From Thermovirgaceae bacterium (GTDB lineage Bacteria; Synergistota; Synergistia; Synergistales; Thermovirgaceae): DNA of 64,000 nucleotides. This document shows positions 61,489-64,000 of the stretch, piece by piece; the first letter of the stretch is position 1, and each line of letters opens with the position of its first letter. The position numbers and the translations under genes were made by a program. The notes under the pieces are model-generated. The model worked only from the letters and a program-made list of their open reading frames with translations, searched no databases and was not told the DNA's origin. Location: positions 64,001 through 128,000 of the forward strand of contig JAXGNU010000004.1 of NCBI GenBank assembly GCA_040767805.1, in the 5' to 3' direction.

Positions 61489-61493
61489 GGCCA

Positions 61494-61522
61494 TTGACAA
61501 ATGCCCCGGGGCGTTATACTAT
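61494..61522 (+). promoter_or_regulatory. Putative sigma70 promoter for the leader peptide
   Basis: TTGACA (61494-61499) with TACTAT at 17-nt spacing, or TATACT at 15 nt. Confidence 0.55.
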
Positions 61523-61570
61523 GCTGCAAACGCCAGGAACGGCCAACCCTTAATAAAGGAGGGAAACCGC

Positions 61571-61675
61571 GTGAAGGACAGGGTCCAGGGCTCCGTTGCA
61601 GTGACCGGCAATACCGCCATTATCGTCCTCGTTCTTACGTGGGGGTCCCCTCCTGGGGCGGCCGTCGCGCTGTAG
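61571..61675 (+). CDS. Putative branched-chain amino acid attenuation leader peptide (34 aa)
   Basis: AAAGGAGG RBS; MKDRVQGSVAVTGNTAIIVLVLTWGSPPGAAVAL with an IIVLVL run; followed by a terminator. Confidence 0.72.
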   Translation: MKDRVQGSVAVTGNTAIIVLVLTWGSPPGAAVAL

Positions 61676-61695
61676 GCGCGTAACCGCAGACCGGG

Positions 61696-61733
61696 ACCGG
61701 GGCCCCCTTTCAACGAGGGGGCCCCGGTTTTTT
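61696..61733 (+). terminator. Attenuator terminator
   Basis: ACCGGGGCCCCCT-N7-AGGGGGCCCCGG-TTTTTT; the 5' arm can alternatively pair with GGGGGTCCC at 61641-61649. Confidence 0.85.
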
Positions 61734-61782
61734 ATTGGGTTCGCGGCAGTCCTGGAGGATCGACCGGAAGGGGAGAGGAGAA

Positions 61783-61938
61783 ATGCAAAACGCGAGAGGT
61801 GTTTTTATGAACCAGGTCCCGGCGACGACGTGTGACAAGGTGCCGACGGTGGAACCGGGGAACCGACACAGCCAGGATCAGTATTCCCAGGATCTTTTTG
61901 ATCCTAAGTGGAGGGGTCCCTTCGAAGGGTATAGATAG
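61783..61938 (+). CDS. Small hypothetical protein (51 aa) or gene remnant downstream of the attenuator
   Basis: Purine-rich RBS (GGGGAGAGGAG) before the ATG; no recognised family. Confidence 0.45.
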   Translation: MQNARGVFMNQVPATTCDKVPTVEPGNRHSQDQYSQDLFDPKWRGPFEGYR

Positions 61939-62081
61939 GTATGCGAATCCCATAAGTCCGTGAGGAGGGTGGCGATCGTAGCCCCAGAGCTTGAAACCCC
62001 CGCCCGCCCTCGACCGCCTGGGCCTCCCCATTTCGCGCCGAGCACCCATCCTGCTATCATTGGGTGGGAGGTAGAACCCGC

Positions 62082-64000
62082 ATGGCGATCACGGTCACCG
62101 GGTATCACCGGGCCAGGGATATCGAGGGGGAATTGGCCCGGCTGGGAAGCGGGCGCGACCCGTCCCCGGTCTTCCTTGTCCCTTCCACGGGGGACAGGGA
62201 ACTCCTCCGCGACATCATCCTAGAAAAAGTCTCCTTCGGGCCTTCGGAGCCGCCCATCCTCCGCTGGGAGGACCTTTACAGGGAGGCGGCGCGAGAGATG
62301 GACGTGCCCCGGGGGGCGAGGCGAAGGCAGATAGACCCGCCCGACCACTGGCTTATCGTCCGGCATGTCCTGGAACGCCTCAAGGCAAGGGTCGAGGAGG
62401 CGGCCATCCCCGCCGGGGCGAGGCACGGCGGCTTCATCTGGACCCTCGGCGAGGACCTCAGGGAACTGCTCAGGGAAGAGGTCCGGCCCGGTATCCTGGC
62501 CCAGTCCATGGGGTGCGACCAGCGGTGCCAGGGGTCGGACTGCCCGAAGCTCCCCGACCCGGGAGCGCTTCTTTGCCGGCTTTACCGGGACTACCTGGAA
62601 TACCTGGACGCCCACTCCCTGGCCGACAGCGCCCAGACCGCCACCGTGATAGCCCGGACCCTGGAAGAAGACCCACCCAGGGCCGCGGCGTGGGTCGGCG
62701 GAAGGGACTTCGTCTTCGTGGGCTTCATGAGTTTCACCCGCTCCCAGTTGAGCCTCATCGGCGTGCTCTCGAGGCTGGGCGCGAGGGTCAGGGTCTTCAT
62801 GCCCGAGAGCGGCTTGCAGTACCACGATGCCAGGGCCCAACTCCTCGGCGACGACCCCGCCGCCCTCCCGATAAAGGCCTTCGACCCCATCCCCTTTCTG
62901 ACCGTCGTCGCCGGGGATCCCCGGCTGGAACTGGAGACCCTAGCCAGGAACCTCGCCCTTTGGAGGGCCGGCAAGGGGGAACTCCAGGCGAGACTCGGCA
63001 TCCCCTTTCCCGGGTGGGGCGAGATAGGGCTTTCACTGGACGCTCCCAGGCTGGGGCTCGCCGTGGAGGTCCTCTCCCGCTACCGGATCCCCCATACCCT
63101 CCGGGGAGGGCCCAGCGTGTCGGAGACGGCCCTTTGGAAGACCGCCTCTTCCGTCATCGAGGCCGCCGCCCTGGGCTTCCCCCCGGAGGAGACGTCCCAC
63201 ATCCTGGCTCAGCCCTGGGTCACCCCCGACGGTTTCGACCTCAGGGACACCCTCAGCCTGGGACCCCGTGGAGAGAAGGGGTGGAGGGATCACCTCCGGA
63301 ACCGGGGGGACCGGGAAGCCCTATCGTTTTTCGACAGGATGGAGGCCTTCGTTTCGGTCGTGGAAAAGGGCGCCCGCCCTTCAGCCCTCCTCCGTTCACT
63401 GGGAGACCTCGCCGGCGATGCTGCCGGGGTCGGCCTCTCCCGCTTCATCATCGACCACCCCTCCCTCGATGAGTCCGCGAGGCACCTGAACGCGGCCCTC
63501 GAGGAACTGGAGCATAAACTGGAGCAGACGGCCGAGATGGAAAACGCCATAGGGCCGGCGGGGACCGTCATCCTGCGGGGGAGCGACGCCGCGGCGTTCC
63601 TTTCGGCATGGAGCGAACATTCCACGGTCCGGCAGCCTCCAGGGACGAGAGACAGCCTCACCCTTTACGCCGGGGGCGTACCGGTGCTGGCCCACCACAA
63701 GGTCTTCATCCTGACCGGACTCACGGCGGACGCCTGGCCGGGCAGGCTCTGGGAGTCGCCCCTGCTGGACGACGGCCGCAAGGAGGCTATCCACGGGAAC
63801 CCCGAAACGGGGCTTTCGCCCTCCCACCTCCCCCTGCTGAAGGAAAAGAGGAGCCAGCGGGAAGCTATGCTGCTGAGGATGATCGCCTCGGCCGACGAGG
63901 TCTGCGTAGGGTCCCGGCCGAACCAGGACGACCCGGGAAGGCCCCTCCAGCCCTCGGTCTTCATCACGTCAGCCCTGGCGGGGCCGCGGCCTTGGGCGAC
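62082..64000 (+). CDS. AddB/RexB-like helicase-nuclease subunit, N-terminal part (runs off the window; absent from the ORF track)
   Basis: GGGAGG RBS; reads MAITVTGYHRARD...FLVPS...RWEDLY...LYRDYLEYL...FVGFMSFTRSQ. The x-GF-x-x-FT-x-x-Q pattern is typical of AddB-like proteins. The nuclease domain is not visible. Confidence 0.65.
   Translation, partial: MAITVTGYHRARDIEGELARLGSGRDPSPVFLVPSTGDRELLRDIILEKVSFGPSEPPILRWEDLYREAAREMDVPRGARRRQIDPPDHWLIVRHVLERLKARVEEAAIPAGARHGGFIWTLGEDLRELLREEVRPGILAQSMGCDQRCQGSDCPKLPDPGALLCRLYRDYLEYLDAHSLADSAQTATVIARTLEEDPPRAAAWVGGRDFVFVGFMSFTRSQLSLIGVLSRLGARVRVFMPESGLQYHDARAQLLGDDPAALPIKAFDPIPFLTVVAGDPRLELETLARNLALWRAGKGELQARLGIPFPGWGEIGLSLDAPRLGLAVEVLSRYRIPHTLRGGPSVSETALWKTASSVIEAAALGFPPEETSHILAQPWVTPDGFDLRDTLSLGPRGEKGWRDHLRNRGDREALSFFDRMEAFVSVVEKGARPSALLRSLGDLAGDAAGVGLSRFIIDHPSLDESARHLNAALEELEHKLEQTAEMENAIGPAGTVILRGSDAAAFLSAWSEHSTVRQPPGTRDSLTLYAGGVPVLAHHKVFILTGLTADAWPGRLWESPLLDDGRKEAIHGNPETGLSPSHLPLLKEKRSQREAMLLRMIASADEVCVGSRPNQDDPGRPLQPSVFITSALAGPRPWA

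Overview
GC-rich, gene-dense bacterial chromosome segment with about 60 CDS. I saw no rRNA, tRNA or CRISPR array. The gene content (lipid A-type acyltransferase, amino-acid and succinate/propionate metabolism, FprA, ThiT, AddB-like protein) suggests an anaerobic diderm, probably Synergistota; this is inference only. Core content: proS; a methylmalonyl-CoA mutase/epimerase/Na+-pumping decarboxylase operon preceded by a divergent class I fumarase-like pair; TPP riboswitch-thiT; gyrA-psd-pssA; treT-otsA; eno; gpsA; three GGDEF proteins; a peptide ABC transporter; several MFS/DMT transporters; one IS; and a partial AddB-like gene. The most notable observations are: (1) a dispersed family of 7-mer/16-mer tandem repeats at three intergenic sites (~9.25, ~43.5-43.8, ~55.0 kb), one interleaved with a duplicated 38-bp GGGGTCAGAC-type motif; (2) an Ile/Val/Leu leader-peptide attenuator followed by an unknown 51-aa ORF instead of ilv genes; (3) an IS inserted beside a copy of its own terminal motif; (4) a circularly permuted family-5 solute-binding protein; (5) a loop-less, probably CC-adding, tRNA nucleotidyltransferase; (6) a fumarase beta subunit lacking catalytic residues; (7) a secreted protein built from four copies of an unrecognised domain. 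All assignments come from motif recognition by eye; no database search was run.
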